From: a virus
Strand: one strand, 5' to 3'
DNA length: 64,000 nt
Virus record (IMG/VR): IMGVR_UViG_3300028133_000003
Coordinates: 4,219 to 68,218 of that record
Every line of letters begins with the position of its first letter. Within the stretch, counting starts at the first letter, position 1. Below, in pieces: positions 40,031 through 51,284 of this stretch. Below the pieces are notes generated by a model, which searched no databases, was not told the DNA's origin, and was given only the letters and a program-made list of their open reading frames with translations. The translations under genes were made by a program, and so were the position numbers.

Positions 40031-41527
40031 TTATGTAGAAGGTACTACTTCTCTTCTACGTAAATGTAATCTCTGTTTTAATCCGGCGCCACCAGGTTGC
40101 GGACCTTTAGTTAAAAAATATTCCATCCCTGTTATAACATAAAAACCAGAAAGATATTCATTAATAACCCCAAATTGATTGTCAACATCACTACCTGCAT
40201 TATCTGGGGTTTCTGCTCGACGAACTGAATCATTAGGTGCATTCTCATCATTCTCAGGTGCAGTTAAAACACCCTTTACCATCTGAGCAGTTTCCATCAT
40301 ATGACAATAAATTCTACTATATCTTAATATAGCAGGATTAACCGTATCTAATTCTATAGTCATACCTAATTTATTGATCTCTGCAAGATTTTGAAAATTT
40401 TGTATAGATGCATAATAATAATTATCATGTACATTATCACCTTGTGTTCCTAGGAATTTAAATTTAACCTGTTCGTTTCTAGGTCCTTCTACTTCACCAT
40501 TAATAGTTCTACCTTTTGTAACTGGTATCATTCCTTCTGTGTCGTTAGTTAAAGGATCAACAAATTCACTTATAAATTCTTTTGCATTTAAATCCCAATA
40601 TTGAGTATATCTTTTGTAGCCATTATTTTTACTAATCCTACCACTGTTGTTAACCTGTTGATATTTAGATATGTATCTGGCAGTACCTTGAAAATCTAAT
40701 TGGTTACTTAGCATATTAGGAAATGTGGTTTCACTATCTTCTTCATCTCCACTTCCCATAGTGTCCATTGCATTTTGTTGAAACATTTGGCTAGTTTCTA
40801 AATCGTCTTCTTGTCCGAAAAATTTATTAGCATCAACAAATGTTAAATAATAGTAAGGATCAATATATGCAGTAAAAAATGAGTCATCACTTAAATATGA
40901 ATTTGATGTTATATCTTCTATAAATTTTTGAGCAGTGTCATATGGGTTTGTCCAAATTTGCTGATCTGCAGTATCTTCAACATTAGATGCATATCCTAAT
41001 TTTAATTCTTCTGCTATTGCTTGTAAAGAATTCCAACTTGTATTATCCTGAAATTGTACCTTTTCCGTAAATAGGTTTGGGACATGCATTCTACCTTCAA
41101 CCATTAATTCTGGTGATGTATCCGTTGCACCCCCACCACCAAGAGGTGTTATTTTTTCAACAGTAAAATCAATTCTTATCGGCTTAAATGTAGTTTCATT
41201 ACCTTGTGATCTAATATACAATTGAATAATATCCCCATCCTTTGGGAAAAATCTTGCAGTAAACATTCCATCTCTATCAAAAAAACTAAATCTACATGTT
41301 GGATAAAAACCTGTACAATTTAATTGGAACATTTCCAATCTATCACCTTGTACTTCATAGGAGTTAACTCTTATTAGAGGTATCATTGTAGAAAACTTAC
41401 TAGGCTTTTCCTTCATAGTAACACCATCAGAATTTTCGGTACCACTTTCTACGTCAGCCATTTCTAATTCATCAAGTTCAATACTAGGTTCTATTACTGT
41501 TAAAATATTTCTTTCTACTGCTGACAT
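40031..41527 (-). CDS. Baseplate hub protein (gp27-like)
   Basis: FFPKDGDIIQLYIR; C-terminal YLSGFYVITGMEY...LRRRE typical of hub proteins. Confidence 0.6.
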   Translation of the reverse strand: MSAVERNILTVIEPSIELDELEMADVESGTENSDGVTMKEKPSKFSTMIPLIRVNSYEVQGDRLEMFQLNCTGFYPTCRFSFFDRDGMFTARFFPKDGDIIQLYIRSQGNETTFKPIRIDFTVEKITPLGGGGATDTSPELMVEGRMHVPNLFTEKVQFQDNTSWNSLQAIAEELKLGYASNVEDTADQQIWTNPYDTAQKFIEDITSNSYLSDDSFFTAYIDPYYYLTFVDANKFFGQEDDLETSQMFQQNAMDTMGSGDEEDSETTFPNMLSNQLDFQGTARYISKYQQVNNSGRISKNNGYKRYTQYWDLNAKEFISEFVDPLTNDTEGMIPVTKGRTINGEVEGPRNEQVKFKFLGTQGDNVHDNYYYASIQNFQNLAEINKLGMTIELDTVNPAILRYSRIYCHMMETAQMVKGVLTAPENDENAPNDSVRRAETPDNAGSDVDNQFGVINEYLSGFYVITGMEYFLTKGPQPGGAGLKQRLHLRRREVVPST

Positions 41528-41528
41528 G

Positions 41529-42071
41529 TTAATTTGATTGTTTAGTAGTTCTACTTGGCAAGTTAGTTCCTAATTGAATTTTACCACCGCTATATGTTTT
41601 AGCTTCTTGTCCTGGTTGTAGCATATTAGGTGGCATTGGTTGCTTTACACCATTTTCACTGCTCTTGGCTTTTTCTATTAACCTTTGCATTCTTGCTTGA
41701 TCCTTTTCACTCTGTCTACCAGTATCAACATAAGCCTCTTGTGTTGCATTAGGTCTTGATGCAGGATTAGGTCTTTTGTAAACTAAATCTTTTCTACTTA
41801 AATTTGGGATAACTAAAATATCACCTTCACTAACAGTAAAAGGGTTAAATATATTGTTAACCACACATATAGCATCTATGAACTCCCCACTTCCAAAATA
41901 AAGATTAGATATTTTATCAATCCTACCAATCTGATCAGGCTGAACATAATGTAAAGCTCTCACGCCTAAATCGGAATCATAAACAAATGAAGGTGCGGTA
42001 AGATCCCAATAACCTTCACCAGTTTCATCTATGATTAATCTATTTTTTAATGTTAATGATTTTATTTCCAT
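41529..42071 (-). CDS. Baseplate wedge protein with LysM-like domain (gp53-like)
   Basis: HYVQPDQIGRIDKISNLYFGS...VNNIFNPFTVSEGDILVIP. Confidence 0.75.
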   Translation of the reverse strand: MEIKSLTLKNRLIIDETGEGYWDLTAPSFVYDSDLGVRALHYVQPDQIGRIDKISNLYFGSGEFIDAICVVNNIFNPFTVSEGDILVIPNLSRKDLVYKRPNPASRPNATQEAYVDTGRQSEKDQARMQRLIEKAKSSENGVKQPMPPNMLQPGQEAKTYSGGKIQLGTNLPSRTTKQSN

Positions 42072-42085
42072 TTCCTATTAATTTA

Positions 42086-43873
42086 TTATGAGTCAATAGT
42101 CATACTAACTAAATTAGAAATATATTCCGCTGTGTCAGTAGTTGATTGTTTATTAACGTTACTAATTTGATCATTCTTTGCAGCTCCACCAGGAGTACCT
42201 TGTGTGGCTTGTGTATTTGTTTTTCCAGCCTTAACAGAACCATAGGTAGCAACATCTAATCCTGCTAGATTTAAAATATCTGCCTCACCTTTAGCCGATG
42301 CATAAATTCTACCACGACCTGCATTAAACATATTTTCTATATCACCTTTGTCTCTAGGTTTACCATGTTTAAGATCTATTTCAAATTTAACCTCCATTGG
42401 AAAATCATCATAACCTAAACCATTACCTAAAGTCATTACCGAATTATCACAATACATATTACCCATCGTTACAATAGGATTAAGTGGATTACCAATGGTA
42501 ACATGCCAATCACCAGTAGGTTCAGCACTTATTAAAGCTTTAGATGCCTGTGTACCGGAAACCGCTCCAACGTTCTCACTTAAAAAACCACCTAACATAT
42601 TACCTAGCATTGTCTTACCAACCTTAAGTAATCCTTCAATTCCGTTTTCTAAATTAAATTCACCAGTTCCTCCACCAAACACATTCTTAAATCCAGTTTC
42701 AACATCGGTAACTACACTTCCTATATAACCACTGAAGTCACCTTGTTTCAATTTATTAATATCTCCAAATTGACTAGCAACAGCTCCAGCACTACCATAG
42801 TATCTTTGACCTCCTCCGAAGAATTGACCATTATTATAAGTCATGGTTAACATATTACTTATAATATCAATCATAGCAATTTTAGGATTAACATAACTTA
42901 AAGATTTAAGTTCATATTCAAAATTTAATTTCATGTCCTGGCTAAAACTCATACCACGATCTCTAACCTGAGTTTGGTTAATAACATTAACAGGTCCTAT
43001 TACAAAGTTGGCATACGTAGTACCTAGCTTATCACCAGTAGACATATTTTGTGCTGCAAACTTTTGTCTTGAACTGATTCCTTTAAATGCATCAGCAGTT
43101 GCTCTACCAACACCACCTATCTTAGAATAAAATGGCTGAGATGTATATCCACCATCGCCACTACTAATACTTTCCATTTCAGATTTAACTTCCTTATAAT
43201 TTAAGCCATAAGAAAACTTAAGTAAATCATCTAATTTATTTCCAGCCTTTTCACCCATGTAAGTAATAGCAGTAACACCTGCAGTTTGAGTAGCATCTAC
43301 ATCACTAGCAGCTCTCGGTGTTTTAGGATCCTTTCCTGCAACATCCATTTTTAAATCAAAAATGTTATCATTAACTGGTGTTGGAAATCTTCTCAATGTT
43401 ATTAAGTGATTAACAGGAATTTGTTTATAGTATTTACAATATAAAAAATCTTGGGCAGAGTAGCCTATTCTTGCATAGTTGTCATTAAAGTATTCAATTA
43501 TTTTACCAATAGAAACTTGCTTGGAATTTGTACCGCCCATTGCAGGATTATTTGGAGAATCACGAAATCCGTTAAAAACATCGCCACCCGTTAACCCGCC
43601 ATACATTCCTCTAAAATTAAACAGAGCATATTTATTAAATATAGATCTAGGGATAGGTGCATCCATACCTACAGCAACACCGAATTGATCAGCAACAGAC
43701 TTTTGAGAATAAAATGATTGAGCATATAAAGTTTCAACACCATGAGCAAACCCAGTAGATTCTCCACCAAAAACACCTAACCTTTCTGCTGTTGATGAAT
43801 TGGGGTTGGGTGCAGTATTATCATTTACACTGCTGTTACTTCCTATTGTTGTTTGATCTAATCCGCCTGGCAT
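42086..43873 (-). CDS. Putative baseplate/tail structural protein, 595 aa
   Basis: First gene of the baseplate operon, after a GAATATATA box at 43893..43901. Confidence 0.45.
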   Translation of the reverse strand: MPGGLDQTTIGSNSSVNDNTAPNPNSSTAERLGVFGGESTGFAHGVETLYAQSFYSQKSVADQFGVAVGMDAPIPRSIFNKYALFNFRGMYGGLTGGDVFNGFRDSPNNPAMGGTNSKQVSIGKIIEYFNDNYARIGYSAQDFLYCKYYKQIPVNHLITLRRFPTPVNDNIFDLKMDVAGKDPKTPRAASDVDATQTAGVTAITYMGEKAGNKLDDLLKFSYGLNYKEVKSEMESISSGDGGYTSQPFYSKIGGVGRATADAFKGISSRQKFAAQNMSTGDKLGTTYANFVIGPVNVINQTQVRDRGMSFSQDMKLNFEYELKSLSYVNPKIAMIDIISNMLTMTYNNGQFFGGGQRYYGSAGAVASQFGDINKLKQGDFSGYIGSVVTDVETGFKNVFGGGTGEFNLENGIEGLLKVGKTMLGNMLGGFLSENVGAVSGTQASKALISAEPTGDWHVTIGNPLNPIVTMGNMYCDNSVMTLGNGLGYDDFPMEVKFEIDLKHGKPRDKGDIENMFNAGRGRIYASAKGEADILNLAGLDVATYGSVKAGKTNTQATQGTPGGAAKNDQISNVNKQSTTDTAEYISNLVSMTIDS

Positions 43874-43899
43874 ATAAGTAGTCTATTTTTAGTATATAT

Positions 43900-44463
43900 T
43901 CAGCTTAAGCTGTTGAGATACTTGTCAATGTCAATATCTCCCTTTTGGAATTTATCTACCCAGCCTTTTTTAAACCTAATATTAAACTCCTGTGAGCTAT
44001 CAGTAGAAAGAGAACCTTTAAAAAATGGTCTTGATGATATATCTCTTATTTCTTTTAGGTTTTTTGATATTATATAAAACTGAACTTTTTCAAATAAACC
44101 CCGTAGATCATTTTTTGTTTTCTTGCACATAACAGATTCTACAATTACATACAATCGTTCTCTATCACTTTCATCAAATCTGCTTTCTAATGATTTTACA
44201 TTTTTAAAGTCTTCTTTTTTAATAGGCATTTTTCTAGCTCTATTATTAAATTCATACTTAAAGTTCATATCAAAAAAATGAGACTTAAGATATTTCATAT
44301 TATCATACATTTTAATAATACGAATTTGGTAAAGAGGGTTAATAGGATCCCATTGCGTATCTACAATAAGCCCTTTTACTGGCAATAAAACATTAGGCCT
44401 ACTAAAAGATGATAGTAGGCAATATACGGTTTGTCCTTTAGTAAATATTCTGTGTGCTTTCAT
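43900..44463 (-). CDS. Hypothetical protein
   Basis: 187-aa ORF in an overlapping gene chain. Confidence 0.6.
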   Translation of the reverse strand: MKAHRIFTKGQTVYCLLSSFSRPNVLLPVKGLIVDTQWDPINPLYQIRIIKMYDNMKYLKSHFFDMNFKYEFNNRARKMPIKKEDFKNVKSLESRFDESDRERLYVIVESVMCKKTKNDLRGLFEKVQFYIISKNLKEIRDISSRPFFKGSLSTDSSQEFNIRFKKGWVDKFQKGDIDIDKYLNSLS

Positions 44464-44849
44464 TCAAACTCTACAACGTTTTCAAATAGTCTAGCAGTAC
44501 CGTTTACATTAATGTCAGGAGAATGATATATGTTATATTGAAATTCTTTATCGGATAAGGATTCTACATATTTTTTAATTCCTTCAACCGTAGGTTCATT
44601 TAAATTACCTAATACATAGAATATAGATGTTGTTGTACTTCTGTCCAAAATGGTTTGGAGCTGTTTCATGAGATAAGACGATACTACAGCATCAGACGGC
44701 TCAAATTGATAAAAGTCATTTTTAGTTAACTTGTTAAAAATATCCATGTAATTAATACATTCAATATTTCTAGGCACGTTCCCTAAGAATGCCTTTACTC
44801 TTACCGCATCTTTAGAATATATGAAATTAAATTCTATGTTTGTTTCCAT
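44460..44849 (-). CDS. Hypothetical protein
   Basis: 129-aa ORF in an overlapping gene chain. Confidence 0.6.
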   Translation of the reverse strand: METNIEFNFIYSKDAVRVKAFLGNVPRNIECINYMDIFNKLTKNDFYQFEPSDAVVSSYLMKQLQTILDRSTTTSIFYVLGNLNEPTVEGIKKYVESLSDKEFQYNIYHSPDINVNGTARLFENVVEFE

Positions 44850-45163
44850 TCAGTTAATAAATCGATCTCTGCCTGGAGCTCTTTTATTTTGCTTTCTATT
44901 TCCTTCTTATTAGGTTCATAGTGTGTACCCCATTCCTTTCCAATTTTTAGTACATCTTTTTCAAATTTATTACCGCACTCTAATCCGAGATCTTCACAAA
45001 GCTCCCAAAAGAATTTCATAATATATTCAAATTTATTTCTATGGTCATCATTGGATTCAAATACATCTGTTGAAGTCCACTGCTCTTTACCACCTCCATG
45101 ATTATCATCAATCACTCTTTTGATTACACCATTTCTTGCAGGTTCTAAAACAATCTTAATCAT
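44834..45163 (-). CDS. Hypothetical protein
   Basis: 109-aa ORF in an overlapping gene chain. Confidence 0.6.
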   Translation of the reverse strand: MIKIVLEPARNGVIKRVIDDNHGGGKEQWTSTDVFESNDDHRNKFEYIMKFFWELCEDLGLECGNKFEKDVLKIGKEWGTHYEPNKKEIESKIKELQAEIDLLTEWKQT

Positions 45164-45530
45164 TAAGTCTCTTATTTAAAGATTCTCTTGCATCTTTCAT
45201 TAATTGTCTAGCTTCCTTTTTATCAGCCTTCCAAGTTTCTTTATCTTTTACACTTAAGATTGCATTGGCTTCTCTTAGCATTTTAATTTCAGTTTCATTA
45301 TACCCAACTTCTTTCCATGCTATTATTTGCCTTTCTTCAATACTTTCTAGTCTTTCAGCTATCCCTTTCTCAACTGCATCAGTAGTAGCTGCATGTAATT
45401 CTTTACCTCTTTGTAAATTTTCTCTGGTCACCTCCATCCACTTATGGAATGGTAATTTACTTTTTGCTTTTAGAAGTCCTTGGTACTTCATCGCTAATCT
45501 TCTCTGTCTTCTATTTGGTGCTTGTGTCAT
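45156..45530 (-). CDS. Basic helical hypothetical protein
   Basis: 124 aa with an N-terminal NRRQRR motif. Confidence 0.6.
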   Translation of the reverse strand: MTQAPNRRQRRLAMKYQGLLKAKSKLPFHKWMEVTRENLQRGKELHAATTDAVEKGIAERLESIEERQIIAWKEVGYNETEIKMLREANAILSVKDKETWKADKKEARQLMKDARESLNKRLND

Positions 45531-45566
45531 ATGATTAATTTTATTATATATTATACCTTAAATTGC

Positions 45567-46058
45567 TTAGTCTATTTTATACCTAGACTTAATTAATTCT
45601 TTAATGCTATCAAAAAGGCTATCTAAAATTAAGTCTTCTGATATTTGATTTTTAATAAAAGATTCTAATTCATCATTTACTTCTTCACTATCAAATGAAG
45701 AACTTATAATTTCATATATGGCTTTTTTAGGAACTTCTATCGGAAAGGTAAGATTCAGTTTTACTTTATCATTCTTTTTCTGTTTATCAAAAAGAGTTCT
45801 TATTGGGGATGAGGTTTCTTTTTTAGGTGGTAATTTTTCTTTATATACCTCGGCTGCTTTTGTTAATGCCGGTGTAGGCGGATTAAAATCTAAAGGTTCA
45901 CCGTTTAGCGGTTCTAAAAATTCACTAAGTAAATTTGTTGCTATCCTACCACCACCTTCAAAAGTAGTCCATTCACCTTCAGTACCTTTAATAGTTTCAA
46001 CTGAACCAAACTTATCGCCTTTAATCCACTGTAGTCTTTCTTGTTCTATACTTTCCAT
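45567..46058 (-). CDS. Hypothetical protein
   Basis: 163-aa ORF preceded by TAAAC-N17-TATAAT (46079..46106). Confidence 0.6.
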   Translation of the reverse strand: MESIEQERLQWIKGDKFGSVETIKGTEGEWTTFEGGGRIATNLLSEFLEPLNGEPLDFNPPTPALTKAAEVYKEKLPPKKETSSPIRTLFDKQKKNDKVKLNLTFPIEVPKKAIYEIISSSFDSEEVNDELESFIKNQISEDLILDSLFDSIKELIKSRYKID

Positions 46059-46110
46059 ACTTTTATCCCTTTATAGTTATTATACTCTGAAAAAGAAATT
46101 TGTTTACGGA

Positions 46111-49100
46111 TTACTCTTCCTTTGGAACTTTGAATATTCCCCATGAACATTTAAGTTCTGCGTATACAGGTGTACCATCATCACTGGCAGTAGTTGGGAG
46201 ACCACTAAAGCCAATAATTAACCTTTCTGTAATTGCATCAACGGCTACCCCAGATTTAAAGACAAAATCAAAACATAAATCAGCAACTGCATTTTCCTTG
46301 GTTCCTAATGCGTAAATATTAAATAGGGACGATTCTTTCGCATCATCTAATGCTTTAGGTATTTTATCCCCAGCAGTATCACTTGTACATGGTAAGCTCC
46401 ATACCGCGCCCCATACTGAACCGTTCTGCGCCCAGTTCAAACCGGTTTGTAGATTCTTTGCCGCAAATGAAACTCTAAGTACAAGGGCATCATCAATATT
46501 AATATCTTCTTGTAAAACAATACCCATTGAAGTAATATCATACGTGCTATACGCATTCCCCCCAAACTTAATTATCGCAGGATCCTGCCCTTTAGCACCG
46601 GTCCAATTTGACGATGACCAGCCAGCAGACTTAGCAGCTGTACTAAAAGAATGCCCTATAATAAAGTTAGAGTTGGTCTGATCCAATGGATTAAATGTTG
46701 GTAACCCATCTCCTATAAACATTGAACTTTCTGCAATTTTTTCAGGTAATCCTGTGTCAAAAGTTCCTTCTAAACCTTGTACACCTTGTAAACCTTGTAC
46801 ACCTTGTAACCCTTGTAATCCTGTAGTTCCTTGTAAACCTTGTGTTCCTTGAGTTCCTTGTAAACCTTGTGTTCCTTGTAAACCATCGGTTCCTTGTGTT
46901 CCTTGTAATCCTGTAGTTCCTTGTAATCCTGTAGTTCCTTGTAAACCTTGTAAACCTTGAGTTCCTTGTAAACCTTGTAATCCTGTAGTTCCTTGTAAAC
47001 CTTGTGTTCCTTGAGTTCCTTGTAAACCTTGTGTTCCTGTAGTTCCTTGTAAACCTGTAGTTCCTTGTAAACCTTGTAAACCTTGTAATCCTGTAGTTCC
47101 TTGTAAACCTTGTAAACCTTGAGTTCCTTGTAAACCTTGTAATCCTGTAGTTCCTTGTAAACCTTGTAAACCTTGGGTTCCTTGTAAACCTAATCCGTCA
47201 TTTCCTTGTAAACCTTGTAAACCTTGAGTTCCTTGTAAACCATTACCGACAACTTTAGTTAATGAAAAAGATACATTATTCATTGTTATAGTAGATGTAG
47301 ATACATTATCAGTTTTAAATCTAACATCTATCACATCACCAGCGGCAAATGTTTCTAAACCGTTTATTGAAAAAGATCCACTTGTATTATTAGCAAACGC
47401 TCTACTTGTTTCTGTTTGTGCAATAATAACACCATTCTTAAATACTCCTACTGTTATTTCACGATTAGCACCAGATGTAATAGTATAGATACCACTCATT
47501 TTATAAACTCCGCCTTCACCTGCATCAATAACTAAAGTATCACCCTGTGCACCTCCACCAGACGAGACATATGACATTTGGCTTATTTCACCTACTGCTG
47601 AAGTATCCCAGCCATTAAAAACATTATTCCATCCTGCTATTGGGGTAGAACTTAATTCATACATTTCACCGTATGCAATAGATCCACTTATCACACCAGG
47701 TTGACCAGTAGTACCTTGTGTTCCTTGCGTCCCAGTACCAGTAGTACCTTGTAAACCTGTAGTTCCTTGTAAACCTAATCCTGTTGTTCCTTGTGTCCCA
47801 ATACCGGTAGTACCTTGTAAACCAATAGTTCCTTGTAAGCCTTGTGTTCCTTGTAAACCTGTAGTTCCTTGTAAACCAATAGTTCCTTGTAAGCCTTGTG
47901 TTCCTTGTAAACCTGTAGTTCCTTGTAAACCTAATCCTGTTATACCTTGTGTTCCTTGTGAACCTAATCCTTGTATTCCTTGTGTTCCTTGAGTTCCAAT
48001 ACCGGTGGTACCTTGTGTTCCTTGAGTTCCTTGTAAACCTAATCCTGTTGCACCTTGAGTTCCTGCTTGACCGGTAACTACAAACGATACTAAAACATCC
48101 TCGTCCATAGTGAACGGTGAATTTTCGGTAGAAGCAACTGGCTGTACGTCTAATTCCCACCAATCAGTTTGATCTTGTAATCCGTCAATTTGCCAAAGAA
48201 TAAATTCGCTAGGATCTGCTTTAGCTGATATTCTAACGTGTCCTTTTATAATAGCCGGGTTAGATGCAATAGTTAATAAAAAGTTTGATATATCGATACC
48301 AGTTACACCAAAGTCATGTATTGACATAATAGTAGCAGTATTCTGAGTTGCATTATTTACAGCAACATAACTAAATCCTGGATTCTGAACCGAGGTAGAT
48401 GTATTAAATTCATAATCAAATGTTGCTCCGCCAAACCCACCATCAGTACCAGAAGTACCTTGTGTACCACCTAAGCCTTGTGTACCTTGGGCTCCCTGTG
48501 CACCAGAACCTGTAGTACCTTGAACACCGAAACCTTGGGTTCCTTGAATTCCAAATTGCCCAGAAATTCCTTGTGTTCCTAATAAACCTTGAACACCTTG
48601 GACACCTTGTAAACCAAATCCGTCATTTCCTTGAACACCTTGTGTTCCTAATAAACCTTGAACACCTTGGACACCTTGTAAACCAAATCCGTCATTTCCT
48701 TGAGTTCCTTGTAAGCCTTGTGTTCCAGTTGTACCTTGTGCTCCAGATAGACCTGCAGATGAAGGTGCTATTGATTGCCAAATAGTACCATTATATTGTA
48801 ATATGTCAGATGATGAAGCACTACCGGATGAAACGTCAGATAACATATCCAATGTTGGTGCCCCACTATTCAGTGTTGCTAAATCAACATTTCCTGAATC
48901 AAAGTTATAATTAATATTCTTATTAGCAGTGTCAGTAGCAACACTTAAGGCATTACCTAATGCTACATCTGAATTGGATGAACTAAAACCTCTAAACTCT
49001 AAAGTAGTTCCATTCATTCCACCAAAAACGTTTTGTCCACCTATACCTATATTAGTACCTTGGTTTATTTCTCCACCGGCAGATGTATTAATAAGTTTAA

Positions 49101-49563
49101 CGGCATTAACTGTGGTATCATATTGTAATTGGACGCCATCTCCTGCAATTAATCTAAAGGTATCATTTGCTATTGTAGAATTTAATAATACATCATTAGC
49201 AGCTCCTAGGCTAGGTGTGACTCCAGTATAATTAACAATAATCTTACCATAACTATTTGATGCTCCTACTGTAACATCTCCGGTTCCAATACCACCAATG
49301 ACATCCCATTCACTAGTTACAAATGTACCTTGTGTAGTTCTTTTATTTGCTCTCCACCAAACTAAAGTTTCTGTTACTATACTAGTACTTCCGGTAGGAT
49401 CAGTTACTTCTACTGGGTGATATATGATATGCCCTGTGTTATATGTTCTATTGTCTACCCAAGGGTTAGCTACCGCTTTAAAGTTTTCATCTACCTCACC
49501 ATTAAAAAGTTCTCTTTTAACTTCATTTCTATAGATGATGTATTCTGTCAGATTGAATGCCAT
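46111..49563 (-). CDS. Collagen-like tail fibre/whisker protein
   Basis: Three Gly-X-Y blocks (GTQ/GLQ/GTT) separated by globular domains; GAATAAATA box at 49581..49589. Confidence 0.8.
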   Translation of the reverse strand: MAFNLTEYIIYRNEVKRELFNGEVDENFKAVANPWVDNRTYNTGHIIYHPVEVTDPTGSTSIVTETLVWWRANKRTTQGTFVTSEWDVIGGIGTGDVTVGASNSYGKIIVNYTGVTPSLGAANDVLLNSTIANDTFRLIAGDGVQLQYDTTVNAVKLINTSAGGEINQGTNIGIGGQNVFGGMNGTTLEFRGFSSSNSDVALGNALSVATDTANKNINYNFDSGNVDLATLNSGAPTLDMLSDVSSGSASSSDILQYNGTIWQSIAPSSAGLSGAQGTTGTQGLQGTQGNDGFGLQGVQGVQGLLGTQGVQGNDGFGLQGVQGVQGLLGTQGISGQFGIQGTQGFGVQGTTGSGAQGAQGTQGLGGTQGTSGTDGGFGGATFDYEFNTSTSVQNPGFSYVAVNNATQNTATIMSIHDFGVTGIDISNFLLTIASNPAIIKGHVRISAKADPSEFILWQIDGLQDQTDWWELDVQPVASTENSPFTMDEDVLVSFVVTGQAGTQGATGLGLQGTQGTQGTTGIGTQGTQGIQGLGSQGTQGITGLGLQGTTGLQGTQGLQGTIGLQGTTGLQGTQGLQGTIGLQGTTGIGTQGTTGLGLQGTTGLQGTTGTGTQGTQGTTGQPGVISGSIAYGEMYELSSTPIAGWNNVFNGWDTSAVGEISQMSYVSSGGGAQGDTLVIDAGEGGVYKMSGIYTITSGANREITVGVFKNGVIIAQTETSRAFANNTSGSFSINGLETFAAGDVIDVRFKTDNVSTSTITMNNVSFSLTKVVGNGLQGTQGLQGLQGNDGLGLQGTQGLQGLQGTTGLQGLQGTQGLQGLQGTTGLQGLQGLQGTTGLQGTTGTQGLQGTQGTQGLQGTTGLQGLQGTQGLQGLQGTTGLQGTTGLQGTQGTDGLQGTQGLQGTQGTQGLQGTTGLQGLQGVQGLQGVQGLEGTFDTGLPEKIAESSMFIGDGLPTFNPLDQTNSNFIIGHSFSTAAKSAGWSSSNWTGAKGQDPAIIKFGGNAYSTYDITSMGIVLQEDINIDDALVLRVSFAAKNLQTGLNWAQNGSVWGAVWSLPCTSDTAGDKIPKALDDAKESSLFNIYALGTKENAVADLCFDFVFKSGVAVDAITERLIIGFSGLPTTASDDGTPVYAELKCSWGIFKVPKEE
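46766..47241. repeat. 9-bp-unit coding tandem repeat (collagen block 3)
   Basis: Units such as ccttgtaaa, ccttgagtt and cctgtagtt encode GLQ, GTQ and GTT. Confidence 0.85.
47700..48070. repeat. 9-bp-unit coding tandem repeat (collagen block 2)
   Basis: Same 9-bp units as block 3. Confidence 0.8.
48444..48745. repeat. 9-bp-unit coding tandem repeat (collagen block 1)
   Basis: Same 9-bp units, including a duplicated [20 protein letters not shown] segment. Confidence 0.8.
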
Positions 49564-49583
49564 TTATACTAGTCTTTTTTTAT

Positions 49584-50165
49584 TTATTCAGGAGGTTCAT
49601 TAATAATGTTAACATCATCATACGGAAATTCAGATGTGTCACGTTGTGCAATAAAAGCTTCTCTTAGTTGGTTTAGATACCATGTTCCTTCAGACCATCC
49701 AGGTATAGCATAACACGGTGAATAAATCCCTGAAGTATATATCCTATTAATCTCACTCCAATAACCTTTATAATCATTGACTGATTTATTTATGAATTCT
49801 ATTTGTCTATTAACTAACACTGACCTTTGTGCATTTCTTTGTATATCAAAAGAAGACCCCGAAGTTAATTTAAAGTCACCAGTTAGATCTGATGCCCTGT
49901 ACTCTGTAACAAATTCATATAAAGAACTACCTCCTAAAAACAATTGTATACTTGCTAAGTCGCCTACATAGCATGGATCAAATGGTACATAATTAGTTTG
50001 ATAAAATAATTCCATTTCAGCAACACTATTAAAATCAGTGTACTCTGATTTACCTGCAGCCTGATCATAAAATCCTATTCGGATTTTAGTCACATCTATT
50101 TTATACTTTTTAAGATAAGTAAAAAAGTCAAGGGATAGTTTAAATGTTAGAGCTTCGACGACCAA
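49584..50165 (-). CDS. Hypothetical late protein
   Basis: 193-aa ORF (TTG start) after a GAATATATA box at 50185..50193. Confidence 0.55.
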   Translation of the reverse strand: MVVEALTFKLSLDFFTYLKKYKIDVTKIRIGFYDQAAGKSEYTDFNSVAEMELFYQTNYVPFDPCYVGDLASIQLFLGGSSLYEFVTEYRASDLTGDFKLTSGSSFDIQRNAQRSVLVNRQIEFINKSVNDYKGYWSEINRIYTSGIYSPCYAIPGWSEGTWYLNQLREAFIAQRDTSEFPYDDVNIINEPPE

Positions 50166-50191
50166 GAGGTTATACTATTTTTTGTATATAT

Positions 50192-50665
50192 TCAGCTCTT
50201 TATTGTGTGGTAGTCATTTAATAGGTTAGAAATTTTACCGTGTGTCACATTACATTCATTAAAAATCTGAAGATGTTCAGTATCTCTGTAGTCTTGTATC
50301 CAATAAACATGCTTAAAACCAGCATTAACTAAAATTTTAGTACACATTTTACAAGGTGATAGAGTTAGAAGTATTATGTAATTTTGTGGATCGTATTCTT
50401 GGAACTTGGCAATCATATTTACCTCAGCATGAATAAAGCCACTTTCTCCTGGTGTTAAAGAATCTTCTTCAGTTCCAGTATCATTATTAGTTTCAGCTCC
50501 GCTGTAAGAACCATTATAACCAAAACTTGCTATTTTACTAAAATCCTTTTTTAAAGCCATACACCCAACCTTAGTAGTAGAAGAATTTGAAAGATCTCTA
50601 ATACTTAATAAAATATTAGTGAATGCTTTTAGTTTTATTTGAAGTCGCTGAAGTTTGGGATCCAT
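50192..50665 (-). CDS. dCMP/cytidine deaminase family protein
   Basis: KVGC, FGYNG, HAEVN and SPCKMC zinc-deaminase motifs. Confidence 0.9.
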   Translation of the reverse strand: MDPKLQRLQIKLKAFTNILLSIRDLSNSSTTKVGCMALKKDFSKIASFGYNGSYSGAETNNDTGTEEDSLTPGESGFIHAEVNMIAKFQEYDPQNYIILLTLSPCKMCTKILVNAGFKHVYWIQDYRDTEHLQIFNECNVTHGKISNLLNDYHTIKS

Positions 50666-51225
50666 TTTTGTTTAATTAAAGTAGCTTTCATTTTTACCTC
50701 AGACAAATCTTTGTTAAGACTGTTTGCAATTCTTATGTTTTCTTTATCGTCATCAAAGAATTTAAAATTTCTAAATCCCATTTGAACAAATTTCATAAAG
50801 GCATCCTTTTTCTTTTGTGCAGTAGAGCCAGTGAATCCTAAGTTAGGATCATTGATTGCGAATATAAAATCAGGATTAACATCTACACCGTTATGCATTA
50901 GAAAATCATAAATAAGTTTTGAGTCATCTCTCGCAGTAATAATTCCAACTGCAGTACCTTTTGCAATTGTTCTTTTAAGTATTTTGAAAACCCAGTCAAT
51001 TATTTTACCAGCCTTAAGAATTTCTAAATCTCTAAAGTCATTAAAATCAAACTCATCATGCGGCTTGGTTTTAAATGTATTAAATTCCTGTGGAGTAAGA
51101 TCAATTTCATATCCTGTTTTTGGATTAAAAACTTTAATTTTACTTTTGGTTACAATTAAAGTATCATCAACATCAAAGACAGTTATATCTTTCCCCCACT
51201 TTCTATACTTCTCAAATAAATCCAT
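50635..51225 (-). CDS. HAD-superfamily phosphatase-like protein
   Basis: VFDVDDTL (DxD), IITAR, FFDDD. Confidence 0.75.
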   Translation of the reverse strand: MDLFEKYRKWGKDITVFDVDDTLIVTKSKIKVFNPKTGYEIDLTPQEFNTFKTKPHDEFDFNDFRDLEILKAGKIIDWVFKILKRTIAKGTAVGIITARDDSKLIYDFLMHNGVDVNPDFIFAINDPNLGFTGSTAQKKKDAFMKFVQMGFRNFKFFDDDKENIRIANSLNKDLSEVKMKATLIKQKWIPNFSDFK

Positions 51226-51284
51226 ACAATATATATCAGTTAATTTCTTTTACTTTACTACAGGTGAGATATGGAACGGGTACA

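Noticed and set aside
47666-48163. Alternate-frame 165-aa ORF with RFTRN repeats
   Set aside because: Shadow of the collagen repeat in another frame.
46766-48745. Dense short repeats as a CRISPR array or non-coding satellite
   Set aside because: They are 9-bp in-frame units encoding Gly-X-Y, with no unique spacers and no cas genes.
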